A DNA stretch of 64,000 nt, from assembly GCA_964016885.1 (NCBI GenBank), contig OZ024766.1, positions 18,786,001-18,850,000 on the forward strand. The letters run 5' to 3'. Positions 1 through 15,250 of the stretch are shown here, one piece after another. Made by a program: the position numbers and the translations under genes. Under the pieces are notes generated by a model, which was not told the origin of the DNA, searched no databases, and saw nothing but the letters and a program-made list of their open reading frames with translations. Source of the DNA: Eledone cirrhosa. Taxonomy: Eukaryota. Position 1 is the first letter of the stretch. The number at the start of each line of letters is the position of its first letter.

Positions 1-3000
1 GGTCATGTAGGTGTCACAACAAAAAGCACCCAGTCCACACTGTAAAGTGGTCATGTAGGTGTCACAACAAAAAGCACCCAGTCCACACTGTAAAGTGGTC
101 ATGTAGGTGTCACAACAAAAAGTACCGAGTCCACACTGTAAAGTGGTCATGTAGGTGTCACAACAAAAAGCACCCAGTCCACACTGTAAAGTGGTCATGT
201 AGGTGTCACAACAAAAAGTACCCAGTCCACACTGTAAAGTGGTCATGTAGGTGTCACAACAAAAAGTACCCAGTCCACACTGTAAAGTGGTCATGTAGGT
301 GTCACAACAAATAGCACCCAGTCCACACTGTAAAGTGGTCATGTAGGTGTCACAACAAAAAGTACCCAGTCCACACTGTAAAGTGGTCATGTAGGTGTCA
401 CAACAAAAAGTACCCAGTCCACACTGTAAAGTGGTCATGTAGGTGTCACAACAAATAGCACCCAGTCCACACTGTAAAGTGGTCATGTAGGTGTCACAAC
501 AAAAAGCACCCAGTCCACACTGTAAAGTGGTCATGTAGGTGTCACAACAAAAAGTACCCAGTCCACACTGTAAAGTGGTCATGTAGGTGTCACAACAAAA
601 GGTACCCAGTCCACACTGTAAAGTGGTCATGTAGGTGTCACGACAAAAAGTACCCAGTCCACACTGTAAAGAGGTCATGTAGGTGTCACAACAAAAAGTA
701 CCCAGTCCACACTGTAAAGTGGTCATGTAGGTGTCACGACAAAAAGCACCCAGTCCACACTGTAAAGTGGTCATGTAGGTGTCACAACAAAAAGTACCCA
801 GTCCACACTGTAAAGTGGTCATGTAGGTGTCACAACAAAAAGTACCCAGTCCACACTGTAAAGTGGTCATGTAGGTGTCACAACAAAAAGCACCCAGTCC
901 ACACTGTAAAGTGGTCATGTAGGTGTCACAACAAAAAGTACCGAGTCCACACTGTAAAGTGGTCATGTAGGTGTCACAACAAAAAGCACCCAGTCCACAC
1001 TGTAAAGTGGTCATGTAGGTGTCACAACAAAAAGCACCCAGTCCACACTGTAAAGTGGTCATGTAGGTGTCACAACAAAAAGTACCCAGTCCACACTGTA
1101 AAGTGGTCATGTAGGTGTCACAACAAAAAGTACCCAGTCCACACTGTAAAGTGGTCATGTAGGTGTCACAACAAAAGGTACCCAGTCCACACTGTAAAGT
1201 GGTCATGTAGGTGTCAACAAAAAGTACCCAGTCCACACTGTAAAGTGGTCATGTAGGTGTCACAACAAAAGGTACCCATTCCACACTGTAAAGTGGTCAT
1301 GTAGGTGTCACAACAAAAAGTACCCAGTCCACACTGTAAAGTGGTCATGTAGGGGTCACAACAAAAAGTACCCAGTCCACACTGTAAAGTGGTCATGTAG
1401 GTGTCACAACAAAAGGTACCCAGTCCACACTGTAAAGTGGTCATGTAGGTGTCACAACAAAAAGCACCCAGTCCACACTGTAAAGTGGTCATGTAGGTGT
1501 CACAACAAAAAGTACCCAGTCCACACTGTAAAGTGGTCATGTAGGTGTCACAACAAAAAGTACCCAGTCCACACTGTAAAGTGGTCATGTAGGTGTCACA
1601 ACAAAAAGTACCCAGTCCACACTGTAAAGTGGTCATGTAGGTGTCACAACAAAAAGTACCCAGTCCACACTGTAAAATGGTCATGTAGGTGTCACGACAA
1701 AAAGTACCCAGTCCACACTGTAAAGTGGTCATGTAGGTGTCACGACAAAAAGTACCCAGTCCACTCTGTAAAGTGGTCATGTAGGTGTCACAACAAACAG
1801 TACCCAGTCCACACTGTAAAGTGGACATGTAGATGTGGTCATGTAGGTGTCACAACAAAAAGTACCCAGTCCACACTGTAAAATGGTCATGTAGGTGTCA
1901 CAACAAAAAGTACCCAGTCCACACTGTAAAGTGGTCATGTAGGTGTCACGACAAAAAGTACCCAGTCCACTCTGTAAAGTGGTCATGTAGGTGTCACAAC
2001 AAACAGTACCCAGTCCACACTGTAAAGTGGACATGTAGATGTGGTCATGTAGGTGTCACAACAAAAAGTACCCAGTCCACACTGTAAAGTGGTCATGTAG
2101 GTGTCACAACAAAAAGTACCCAGTCCACACTGTAAAGTGGTCATGTAGGTGTCACAACAAAAAGTACCCAGTCCACACTGTAAAATGGTCATGTAGGTGT
2201 CACGACAAAAAGTACCCAGTCCACACTGTAAAGTGGTCATGTAGGTGTCACGACAAAAAGTACCCAGTCCACTCTGTAAAGTGGTCATGTAGGTGTCACA
2301 ACAAACAGTACCCAGTCCACACTGTAAAGTGGACATGTAGATGTGGTCATGTAGGTGTCACAACAAAAAGTACCCAGTCCACACTGTAAAATGGTCATGT
2401 AGGTGTCACAACAAAAAGTACCCAGTCCACACTGTAAAGTGGTCATGTAGGTGTCACGACAAAAAGTACCCAGTCCACTCTGTAAAGTGGTCATGTAGGT
2501 GTCACAACAAACAGTACCCAGTCCACACTGTAAAGTGGACATGTAGATGTGGTCATGTAGGTGTCACAACAAAAAGTACCCAGTCCACACTGTAAAATGG
2601 TCATGTAGGTGTCACAACAAAAAGTACCCAGTCCACACTGTAAAGTGGTCATGTAGGTGTCACGACAAAAAGTACCCAGTCCACTCTGTAAAGTGGTCAT
2701 GTAGGTGTCACAACAAACAGTACCCAGTCCACACTGTAAAGTGGACATGTAGATGTGGTCATGTAGGTGTCACAACAAAAAGTACCCAGTCCACACTGTA
2801 AAGTGGTCATGTAGGTGTCACAACAAAAAGTACCCAGTCCACACTGTAAAGTGGTCATGTAGGTGTCACAACAAAAAGTACCCAGTCCACACTGTAAAAT
2901 GGTCATGTAGGTGTCACGACAAAAAGTACCCAGTCCACACTGTAAAGTGGTCATGTAGGTGTCACGACAAAAAGTACCCAGTCCACTCTGTAAAGTGGTC

Positions 3001-3360
3001 ATGTAGGTGTCACAACAAACAGTACCCAGTCCACACTGTAAAGTGGACATGTAGATGTGGTCATGTAGGTGTCACAACAAAAAGTACCCAGTCCACACTG
3101 TAAAATGGTCATGTAGGTGTCACAACAAAAAGTACCCAGTCCACACTGTAAAGTGGTCATGTAGGTGTCACGACAAAAAGTACCCAGTCCACTCTGTAAA
3201 GTGGTCATGTAGGTGTCACAACAAACAGTACCCAGTCCACACTGTAAAGTGGACATGTAGATGTGGTCATGTAGGTGTCACAACAAAAAGTACCCAGTCC
3301 ACACTGTAAAGTGGTCATGTAGGTGTCACAACAAAAAGTACCCAGTCCACACTGTAAAGT
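1..3360. repeat. 48-bp tandem array (about 70 units, open at the window start) derived from a SINE-like element
   Basis: Unit GGTCATGTAGGTGTCACAACAAAAAGTACCCAGTCCACACTGTAAAGT. It runs directly into a SINE-like 3' end at 3361. Confidence 0.97.
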
Positions 3361-3505
3361 GGTTGGCACTAGGAAGGGCATCTGACTGCAGAAACCAAGC
3401 CAGAAACAGATCTGTACGAACAAGACACCGTCACCTGACCTGACTCAAACGGGGCAACCCGTCTAACCCATGCTAGCGTGGAAAATAGACATTAAATGAT
3501 GATGA
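3361..3505 (+). mobile_element. SINE-like 3' end with (TGA)n tail
   Basis: GGTTGGCACTAGGAAGGGCATC...CCATGCTAGCGTGGAAAATAGACATTAAATGATGATGA. Related sequences occur at 27908-28040 (-), 28160-28475 (+) and 56278-56417 (+). Confidence 0.75.
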
Positions 3506-3974
3506 CCAGATAGTCTCCATTCCAACAACAGAAACTATATACCCATATGATGAGAGAATCATTTCGAAATCTGTGAAACCAGGTAAGGAGTTGATTGTCA
3601 GATTGGACCATGGAAACAATGTTCCCATTGCTGACATTTATTTCTGGTCTTTTATATCTTTAATGGAAAAAAGAAAATGAATAATTATATACATATAAAT
3701 ATATATATTAGCAGTGTATATACACATATTTGTACGCATGTATGTTAATAAAGATAAGAGCAACCTCTATCGTTGCTACCCAAATGATTCGAGTCCGGGA
3801 CAGCATGGGATGAAGTTCTCTCGCGTGTTGGACCCCCCAGGGTCAACATACCTCGTGGTTTAATCCGAGGGCAGACTGCAGGCAGCGTTACCCAGGGAGA
3901 CAAGTTGAAGTAGCCATTCCAACTCCCGAGGGTGGCCAACTCGGCCTTGATAGCAATGAGGAGGGAGGTGATCT

Positions 3975-4250
3975 GGGGTCCCAAAACACCAGAAGTCTCC
4001 ACTGCTAAAGTTCCAGGGACCCAGGAGACCAGAAGTCTCCACTGCTATAGTTCCAGGGACCCAAAACACCAGAAGTCTCCACTGCTAACGTTCCAGGGAC
4101 CCAGGAGACCAGAAGTCTCCAGTGCTATATATTCAGGGACTCAGGACACCAAGGTCTCCACTGCTATATATTCATGGACACAGGACATCAGAGGTCTCCA
4201 CTGATACAGATTCAGGGACCCAGAACACCAGAGGTCTCCACTGATTCAGG
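3975..4250. repeat. 40-bp minisatellite, about 7 units
   Basis: CCAGAAGTCTCC recurs at 3989, 4029, 4069 and 4109, followed by more degenerate units. Confidence 0.9.
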
Positions 4251-4424
4251 TTCAAAGACAAACGTATTGGAAAGCAGCCAATATGTTCAACAACCCGGAT
4301 CGGTGGCTGAATGCACCAAATTACTGCAAGAGAATGTTGCACCATCTGATACTATCTGCCGTGCTTGTAACTCCAGGTAGGATGAGGTAGAGAGGACTTG
4401 TACCTAAAACACAGAGAAACAGAT

Positions 4425-5085
4425 CAAACACTGTATCAAAACATCTTATTAGACTCTTCAACTAATAACAACTGCTGAACCAAGATTAACTGAGAATGGT
4501 AAGAACCAGATCTAGATCAGACACTGTATCAACACATCTTGTCAGACCCTTCAACAATTGTGTTGAGCCAAGATTAACTGAGAATGCTAAGAACCAGATC
4601 TGGATCAGACACTGTATCAAAACATCTTGTCAGACTCTTCAACAATTGTGTTGAGCCAAGATTAACTGAGAATGCTAAGAACCAGATCTGGATCAGACAC
4701 TGTATCAAAACATCTTGTCAGACTCTTCACCAATTGTGTTGAGCCAAGATTAACTGAGAATGCTAAGAACCAGATCTAGATCAGACACTGTATCAAAACA
4801 TCTTGTCAGACTCTTCAACAATTGTGTTGAGCCAAGATTAACTGAGAATGCTAAGAACCAGATCTAGATCAGACACTGTATCAAAACATCTTGTCAGACT
4901 CTTCAACAATTGTGTTGAGCCAAGATTAACTGAGAATGCTAAGAACCAGATCTAGATCAGACACTGTATCAAAACATCTTGTCAGACTCTTCAACAATTG
5001 TGTTGAGCCAAGATTAACTGAGAATGCTAATAACCAGATCTAGATCAGACACTGTATCAAAACATCTTGTCAGACTCTTCAACTG
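4425..5085. repeat. 88-bp tandem repeat, about 7.5 units
   Basis: GAGCCAAGATTAACTGAGAATGC recurs at 4565, 4653, 4741, 4829, 4917 and 5005. Confidence 0.95.
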
Positions 5086-6011
5086 CTGAACCGTGAGACT
5101 CTGGATTAACTCAGACTGCAAAGAACAAGATTAGACGCTGCATCAAAACATCTTGTTAGGCTCTGCCAATCCGAGGGGACCTAGGTTTAAACTCAAAATA
5201 CAAAGGACTGGATTAGACACTTCAAGAATTCCACGGATCCAAGGGACCCAGGTTTTGAAATCAGAATGCCAAAAAAACCACAAAAAAAAAAAAAACAGAA
5301 CCAGACACAGCATTAAAATATCCCTTCTGCCAATCAGGGGGACCCTGGATTTCAACACAAAGAACCACATTGGACACTGTATCAAAACATCTGGTTAGAC
5401 GCAGCCATAGTTCTTGTCAACCCGAGGGATCCCTTGGAATTAGCTGGTGCCTTACTTATTGACCCTGAAAGGATAAAAGGATAAAGTTGACCACAGAACG
5501 CAGCAAGAAAGAACCGGAATATATAGAGACATAAAACCAGATATTCTAACAAGTGCTAATTTTGTCCCCTACAAAAACACTGCCAGACGCCCTACCAGAC
5601 AGTAAAGCACATATATCTGATTATATAGAACACTGTACTTACTCTCGGGCCCCTGGGGGAATAAAAAAAACAAACTCTCCCTCAACAGGGTTGGCGCACA
5701 GGAACCTTAAAATAAACCCCTCACACCCTAACAGGACTTTATATACATACACACATACATACATACACACACATATATATATATATAGATATACGGGGGT
5801 CGAGAGAAACTATAGAATCAAAAATTCTACACATCATACTCAACACACTACCTTATACGCACATATAATCATATGGGAATTATATATACATGGGAACAAT
5901 GTGTGAGTGTATTATATACATACACACATATATATATATATTGTTGTGTAGGGTGGGGTAATCAGTTAAAAAAGGGACTCAATACATTGGTAAAGTATAG
6001 GCATCTTTATT

Positions 6012-6110
6012 ATATATAGAAATGACTTCTACAGGACTAGACCAGTTTCATTCTTATGAAATCATCAGGACAAAAACAGTTCTAGTTTTGTAGGACACAT
6101 TTCTATATAT
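6012..6110 (-). ncRNA. Hammerhead-ribozyme-like motif inside a long hairpin
   Basis: The minus strand reads CTGATGA-tttc ataa gaat-GAAA-ctgg-TC (core 6068-6040). It is enclosed by the inverted arms ATATAGAAATG...ACTAG / CTAGT...CATTTCTATAT. Stem I does not pair directly next to the core. Confidence 0.55.
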
Positions 6111-7204
6111 GTGTGTGTGTATGTGTATATATATATATGTGTGTGTGTGGATGTGTGTGTGTGATCATATATTATATATACATGTTCATATATAAATCAT
6201 ATATATACATAGAGCCATATATATATATATATATTATATACATGTATATAAATCATATATGAATTACATACACAAATAACCATGTATAAATTATATACAT
6301 GTTCATATATAAATTATATATACACATATTCATATAAAAATCATGTAATAATTATATATATATATACAACCATATATAAATTATATATACATATAATTAT
6401 ATATACATGTTCATATATAAATTATATATATACATGTCATATATAAATCATGTAATAATTATATATAAATTATATATATACATGTCATATATAACCCATG
6501 TAATAATTATATATACATGTTCACATATAAATTATATATAAATCATGTAATAATTATATACACATAAAACCATGTATAAATTATACTAGGCCATATACGA
6601 ATTATATATATACACGTCATGGATGAATCATATATATATACACTCATGCATGGAGCATATATAGTTTTATCTATATTATACATACAGGCTTGGAATCAAA
6701 CTATGTACAAGTTTTATATATATATATATATATATACAATTTAATTAATATATATATATATAAATATAAATATATAAATATATATATACAATTTAATTAA
6801 TATATATATATATATATAATATATGTATATACAATTTAATTAATATATATATATATATAAATATAATATATATATATATAATATATATATATACAATTTA
6901 ATTAATATATATATATATAAATATAATATATATATATATATAATATATGTATATACAATTTAATTAATATATAAATATATATATATATATATGTAATATA
7001 TAATATATATAATATATATATATATATATAAATATATATAATATATATATATATATATAAATATATATAATATATATATATATATATAAATATATATTAT
7101 ATATATATATATACAATTTAATTAATATATATATAAATATAATATATATATATATATATGATTTACATCTATAGAATTATATAAAAGTTAAGTAGTTATA
7201 TAAT

Positions 7205-7303
<99 letters not shown>

Positions 7304-7359
7304 TAAGCACTCACCGTTAAGCTATGTAAAAAAAAATACAAATATATATATATATACAC

Positions 7360-7715
7360 TATAAACCCCCTATATATACACCATATACACACACCAGGGG
7401 TCATAAAAGGCTGTAGGTGGTCAATAGAGATACTAGAAACAGCAGCCAAGTTAAACCTCCATTCCCCCTCCCCCACCACCACCTACATAATGTAATGGCT
7501 ACTATATTATATACACCATATACACTATAAACCCCCTATATATACACCATATACACACACCAGGGGTCATAAAAGGCTGAAGGTGGTCAATAGAGATACT
7601 AGAAACAGCAGCCAAGTTAAACCTCCATTCCCCACCACCACCACCTACATAATGTAATGGTACAGTCATGGCACTTTACTGGTGATCACAGACCTGGCCT
7701 AGGGCTAAACAGACG

Positions 7716-7751
<36 letters not shown>

Positions 7752-7912
7752 CTCCATATACACACACCAGGGGTCATAAAAGGCTGTAGGTGGTCAATAG
7801 AGACACTAGAAACAGCAGCCAAGTTAAACCCCCATTCCCTCCACCACCTACATAATATAATGATAGTCAGGGCACATTACTGGTGATCACAGACCTGGCC
7901 TAGGGCTAAACA
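7360..7912. repeat. Three tandem copies of a ~180-210-bp segment
   Basis: CCATATACACACACCAGGGGTCATAAAAGGCTG..GGTGGTCAATAGAGA..CTAGAAACAGCAGCCAAGTTAAAC occurs at about 7381, 7547 and 7754. Confidence 0.85.
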
Positions 7913-7919
7913 CACGCAC

Positions 7920-7974
<55 letters not shown>

Positions 7975-7992
7975 CACACACACATATATATA

Positions 7993-8088
7993 TAGGGTGT
8001 CCCCGAAAAATGTATACACACTTCAATAGCATTCTAATATATATGACTTGTACAGGTAATCAAAGAATCTAAATTTTTGGGGACACCC

Positions 8089-8090
<2 letters not shown>
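7993..8090. mobile_element. Tiny Tc1/mariner-type MITE (~98 bp)
   Basis: Terminal inverted repeats AGGGTGTCCCCGAAAAAT ... ATTTTTGGGGACACCCTG, embedded in TA-rich sequence. CAGGGTG-type ends are typical of Tc1/mariner elements. Confidence 0.7.
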
Positions 8091-8128
<38 letters not shown>

Positions 8129-8273
8129 TATATATATATATATACACATATATATATATATATACACACATATATATATATATACACATATATATATATA
8201 TATATGCGTCCCAACGTAAATGACTGATAGAAAAATAATCGATCATAAAAATTGGTATTGGGGACGGAATAAA

Positions 8274-8339
<66 letters not shown>

Positions 8340-8563
8340 CACACTAGTTTTACAGGAAATATATAATATATATATAGTATATATATATATATAAATATAT
8401 AAATATATATACACACACACACATATATATATACAAACAAGTACCATCTCATATATATATATAAATATATATACACACACATATATATATATATATACAA
8501 ACAAGTACCATCATCTCATATATATATATATATACACACACACACTCACCATATATCAGTATA

Positions 8564-8602
<39 letters not shown>

Positions 8603-8956
8603 AGTGCCCTATAAACACCTTACAATGCACTATAAACACACAACAGGATATACACACCATAAACCAATATATATATACACACCAGCACACACTATATACA
8701 CCCCTACAATCCACCATTTTCCCATATATACACCCTACACCACACAATACACTCTACAACATGTATAGACTTTCAATGCAAAACTATACACGATAAACAC
8801 CCTCTACACTATATATATATATACACCTTTATATACATAATAAACACTATATAATTAACCCTAAGCATATATACACAATATACACCCTCTCCACTATATT
8901 ATACACGCTATATATACACTATAAAGCCACTATATACACCTACACTATACCATAAA

Positions 8957-9018
<62 letters not shown>

Positions 9019-9269
9019 GATATATACATATATACACACTATATAATACACAATAAACACCCTCTCCACTATATTATATACATACTATACACTCCCTATA
9101 TACACCCTCTTCACTATATCATACACCACATATATATATATATATATATATACGCTATAAACCCCTTATACACACCATATATCCACTATAAACCCCCTAT
9201 ATATACACCATCTCCACTATATTATATACACCATATATAAATATACACACTATAAACCCCCTTCATACA

Positions 9270-9305
<36 letters not shown>

Positions 9306-9325
9306 CACTATATAATACACATTAA

Positions 9326-9356
<31 letters not shown>

Positions 9357-9785
9357 CATTATATATACGCTATAAACCCTTTATACACTATATATACGCT
9401 ATAAACCCCCCTATATATACACCATCTCTACTATATTATATACACCATATATATATATATATATATATACACACTATAAACCCTCCCATATACACCATAT
9501 ATATATATATATAACACCTTAAATATACACATATATATATATATACACGCTATAAACCCCTTATACACTATAAATCCCTTATAAACATCATATATGCCCT
9601 CTAAACCCCCTATATACACTATATATACACCATATACACCCTCCACACTATTCTATACACAAAAGAGAGGTCGCCATGTTTGAGAGAGAGAAATATTGTT
9701 TTCCTCCGTTTTACAGAGAAATATATAAATATATACACCCACTGCTGTATATAGACCCTACACAGGCCGTGTGTGTATATATATA

Positions 9786-9816
<31 letters not shown>

Positions 9817-9877
9817 CTAAAGTGAAAGAGTAAATATAGGAAGGGGAGTATATACACACTGGAGTGGTGTGTATACA

Positions 9878-9949
<72 letters not shown>

Positions 9950-10056
9950 TTAGTATAGTATGTGTGCGTAAATATATACATATATATTATATATATAATA
10001 TATATACATATATATACGTATATATATAAGCGTGTGTGTACGTTAGTATATATATG

Positions 10057-10095
<39 letters not shown>

Positions 10096-10136
10096 GCGGA
10101 TATATACATACACGCTATTTAGCACATCAATAACTA

Positions 10137-10184
<48 letters not shown>

Positions 10185-10298
10185 GTGTTTATATATATAT
10201 ATATATATATACATACACATATATATATATATATATATATATACAATATATATATGATATATATATATATATATATGATATATATATATATATATATA

Positions 10299-10341
<43 letters not shown>

Positions 10342-10478
10342 GACAATATATATATACACTATACACGCCACTATGTTGTATATACAAACAAGATGGTGAG
10401 AGTAAAAGTAAAGGTTTTTGTGTGATGTATAGATTGCTGTGTATATATATATATATATATATACATATACATACACAC

Positions 10479-10509
<31 letters not shown>

Positions 10510-10529
10510 AGAAAAGTATACACAGAAGG

Positions 10530-10617
<88 letters not shown>

Positions 10618-11099
10618 GTGTGTATATAGAGATATATATTAAAGATATAATACTAGACATAACCTACATATTTATGTGTGTATATATAGCAACAATTAAC
10701 TACATATACATCCGTATACACACACATACACATATATATACACACATACATACATATATACATATATACATACATACATACATATATACATACATATATA
10801 CATACATACATACACATATACACACACATATATATATACACACATATATGTATACGGATGTATATATATATATATATAAATAAATACACACATCCGTATA
10901 CATATATATATATATGTATACGGATGTGTGTATATGTGTATATATGTGTATATATATGTATACACATATATGTATATGTGTGTGTGTAGAAAAGAAACAT
11001 CAAGGATATATATAAATCGGCACATATATATATATATACATCAATATATACAATATACACATATATATATATATATATACACATCAATATATACAATAT

Positions 11100-11130
<31 letters not shown>

Positions 11131-11329
11131 CACACACTACAGCAATATATAATATATATACACCCTACAACAGTATATACACACGTGTATACACTACAAT
11201 GATATAATATATATACACATATATACACTCTCCAACAATATATAATGCGTATACACTCTCTAAAACAATATATACACACATATATATACATTCTATATCA
11301 ATAAATAATATAAATCCACACTATATACA

Positions 11330-12568
<1,239 letters not shown>

Positions 12569-12714
12569 CTAGCTACAATAATTGCCATCCACAATCGTCC
12601 GACGGGGGGTAGGGAGTCCTTGGGGCCCGGGGAAATGTCCAGGGGTCGAATCCGATCTTCAGCTGTTCCTCCTTAAATACAATCTCTGTAAACACGACGA
12701 CTCCATGCACGGTG

Positions 12715-13330
12715 CTTTCTCCCTCTCTTTTGACTCTCACCCTCTCTACGCGGCTCTTAGTCTTTTCACGGCACTCCCTCTCTATATGGCGTTACCTGTC
12801 ACTCTCTATAAAACTATTAGTCTTTTCAATGTACACCCTCTCTATGTGACTGTTACGTTCTTTGCTATACTTCCTCTGCCTTCTACTTATTTAACTCAAC
12901 CTCTCTATACAACTATTAGTCTTTTTAATGTACTCCCTCTCTTTGTGACGCTTACGTTCTTTGCTATACTTCCTCTGTCTTCCTCTCTTTTGACTCTCAC
13001 CCTCTCTATACAGCTCTTAGTCTTTTCACTGCACTCCCTCTCTATATGGCGTTACCTGTCACTCTCTATAAAACTATTAGTCTTTTCAATGTACACCCTC
13101 TCTATATGACTCTTACGTTCTTTGCTATATTTCCTCTGCCTTCTACTTATTTAACTCACCCTCTCTATACAACTATTAGTCTTTTTAATGTACTCTCTCT
13201 CTTTGTGACGCTTACGTTCTTTGCTATACTTCCTCTATAATCCACTCTTTTAACTCTCACCCTCTCTATACAGCTCTTAGTCTTTTTACTGCACTCCCTC
13301 TCTATATGTTATTATACTCTGTATTCCTCT
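12715..13330. repeat. ~260-bp pyrimidine-rich tandem duplication (~2.3 copies) upstream of the KDM5 start codon
   Basis: ACTCTCACCCTCTCTA..C.GCTCTTAGTCTTTT recurs at about 12733, 12993 and 13253. Confidence 0.85.
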
Positions 13331-13939
13331 CTCTACAACTCTTAGTCTTTTTACTATACTCCCACTCTTCCCAAACCTATCTATATAATCCTTAGTCTTT
13401 TAACTCTCACACTCTCTATATAACGTTTAGTCTCTTTATTACACTCCCTCTATGTCCACACTCTCTATATAACTATTAGTCTCTCTACTCTTGCATCTCT
13501 CTATAAACTACATTCTCTCTCTCTCTATCACCCTCTCTATATAACTATTAATGTCTCTACTCAACTTTCTCTCTATATCTCAGTATCTTTCTCTCTATAT
13601 CTTCAGTATCTCTCTCTAAATTCCTAATCTTTTATTCTTCCTCTCTTTCTAACCCTCTCTATATAACCATTAGTTTATCTACAACACACCCTCTCTTACA
13701 ACATTAAGCTTTTACTCGCTCCTGTTTTCTTAGTCTATCTCTATCTCTCCCTCTTTCATAAACTATCTCTCTATCTACTTTACTCTCTCTCTCTTTATGC
13801 CTTTTAATATATCTACATCTTTCCCTCTCTATATAACAGTTACTCTATCCACACATGTTGCTCACTCTCTCTATGTATTCATACGTGACTCACTCTCTCT
13901 CTCTGTATCTTTATAATCTTTCAATCTCTCTCTCTTTCT

Positions 13940-15250
13940 TACTCATTCGGTGTGTCTCCATCCCATTCGTCCTGACGAGATCACGCGTAATCTCGTAGCG
14001 TTCCATCACTCCGCATCAGCCTCATCACTCCCTCTCTCACATATCCTCCCACCTCTTTTAAACACGATAGTAACGTTACCTCTTACTATTACTAATAATA
14101 AAATAGTTCCCAACAAAAAGACGTGATTGTCGCAATTGGAACGCTTTTTATCCCATTAATGGCGACTTTCCTATATTATTTATGCTACTGCTTTTTCCTT
14201 TTATTAGCTACCATTACTTCTACTATAATTCGAACTTACTCTCTCTCTCTGTTTTATTTACATCTCTACTTCCTCTTCTTCCACGCTGTCGTTGTTTTTC
14301 TCTTTCTTCTTTTTTAACCCCCTCTCTCTTATCTCTTTACATTTTTTCTTTCTTTACTCTTTCTCTCTCTCTCCTGCTTCTTTATCCTTCTCTTTCCCTT
14401 TCTCCGTCCTATCCTTTTATCATTGTCTCTTCTTTTGTGTATCCATCTCCTTTCTCGCCCTTTCTTTTCACATATATATGTATATATCTTTTACTCTCTT
14501 CCTTTCTCTTACTAAATATATTAGTCTTTCTCCTTTCACTCTCGCTCTTTCATTGTTTAAATAATACTCTCTCTCTCTCTTACTCCCCCCCTTTATGTCT
14601 TTATATATTTCTCTCTCCTCTCTTCTCTAGCTTTATATATCTCTCTCTCTCTCTCTCACAATCTCGCGTTGTTTTACTTCCTCTTTCTTCTCCCCCCCCC
14701 TCTCACATTGTTTAAATAACAAACTCTCCTCCTCTTCCTTCATTGTTTCAATCTCTCTCTCTCTCCCTCTCCTCCCTCCTTCTTATCATGTACATTCCCC
14801 ATCCCCACAGTCAGCCAACAATGCATTACGTGACCACTGGACCTCTCAGAAATGGCAGCCGCATCTCTACCTCCGCGTTTCATCCATTTACTAGCAGTCT
14901 CTTCATCTCTCCACTCTCTTTCACAATCGATGGAATGGCCATGGCCCGAAGGAACATCTTTAATCGTGACATTGCTGGATTTTGGGCCGACTTTTGGGAG
15001 TTAAACAATTACAAACACTACCATAACAATCAACATCCGCCATCGCACACAAAAACATAGTTCCATCATTCACGGACGTAAAAAACATATTTGTTACGGC
15101 TTTTTAACCTAAAAATTTTCGCACATATTTTCCTATAATTCCATCATCTTTGGCCCACGATGTTTATTTATTTTATAAAGTTATCGAAATTCGTACCCGT
15201 AAAATGTCGTCAACCCTTTGTTTTGCTTCCATTAGGAGCCTCTTTACATA
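13940..15250. promoter_or_regulatory. Candidate shared (bidirectional) promoter region of KDM5 and CCDC77
   Basis: Unique sequence with locally elevated CpG between two divergent genes. It contains a 22-bp near-palindrome at 13975-13996 and YY1-like AATGGCG/AAATGGCAGC motifs near 14158 and 14850. The TSS cannot be located from sequence alone. Confidence 0.35.

Noticed and set aside
1214-3443. Cys-rich repetitive ORFs (MTTLQCGLGTFCCDTY)n that look metallothionein- or keratin-associated-like
   Set aside because: They are translations of a 48-bp SINE-derived array, frameshifted every 206/302 bp, with no unique coding context.
3546-3586. TGATGA...GAAACCAGGTA hammerhead-like string
   Set aside because: The first core base is wrong and the stems are unconvincing; too degenerate to call.
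4250-4403. Minus-strand acceptor-like site (GTTTCTCTGTGTTTTAG) as a possible KDM5 exon 2
   Set aside because: All three frames hit stops and none gives the expected DWQPPF/ARID sequence; exon 2 is presumably outside the window.
9669-9716. YY1-like/ATG-like motif (minus strand AAACATGGCGACC) in the KDM5 intron
   Set aside because: A single short motif with a tiny ORF and no supporting context.
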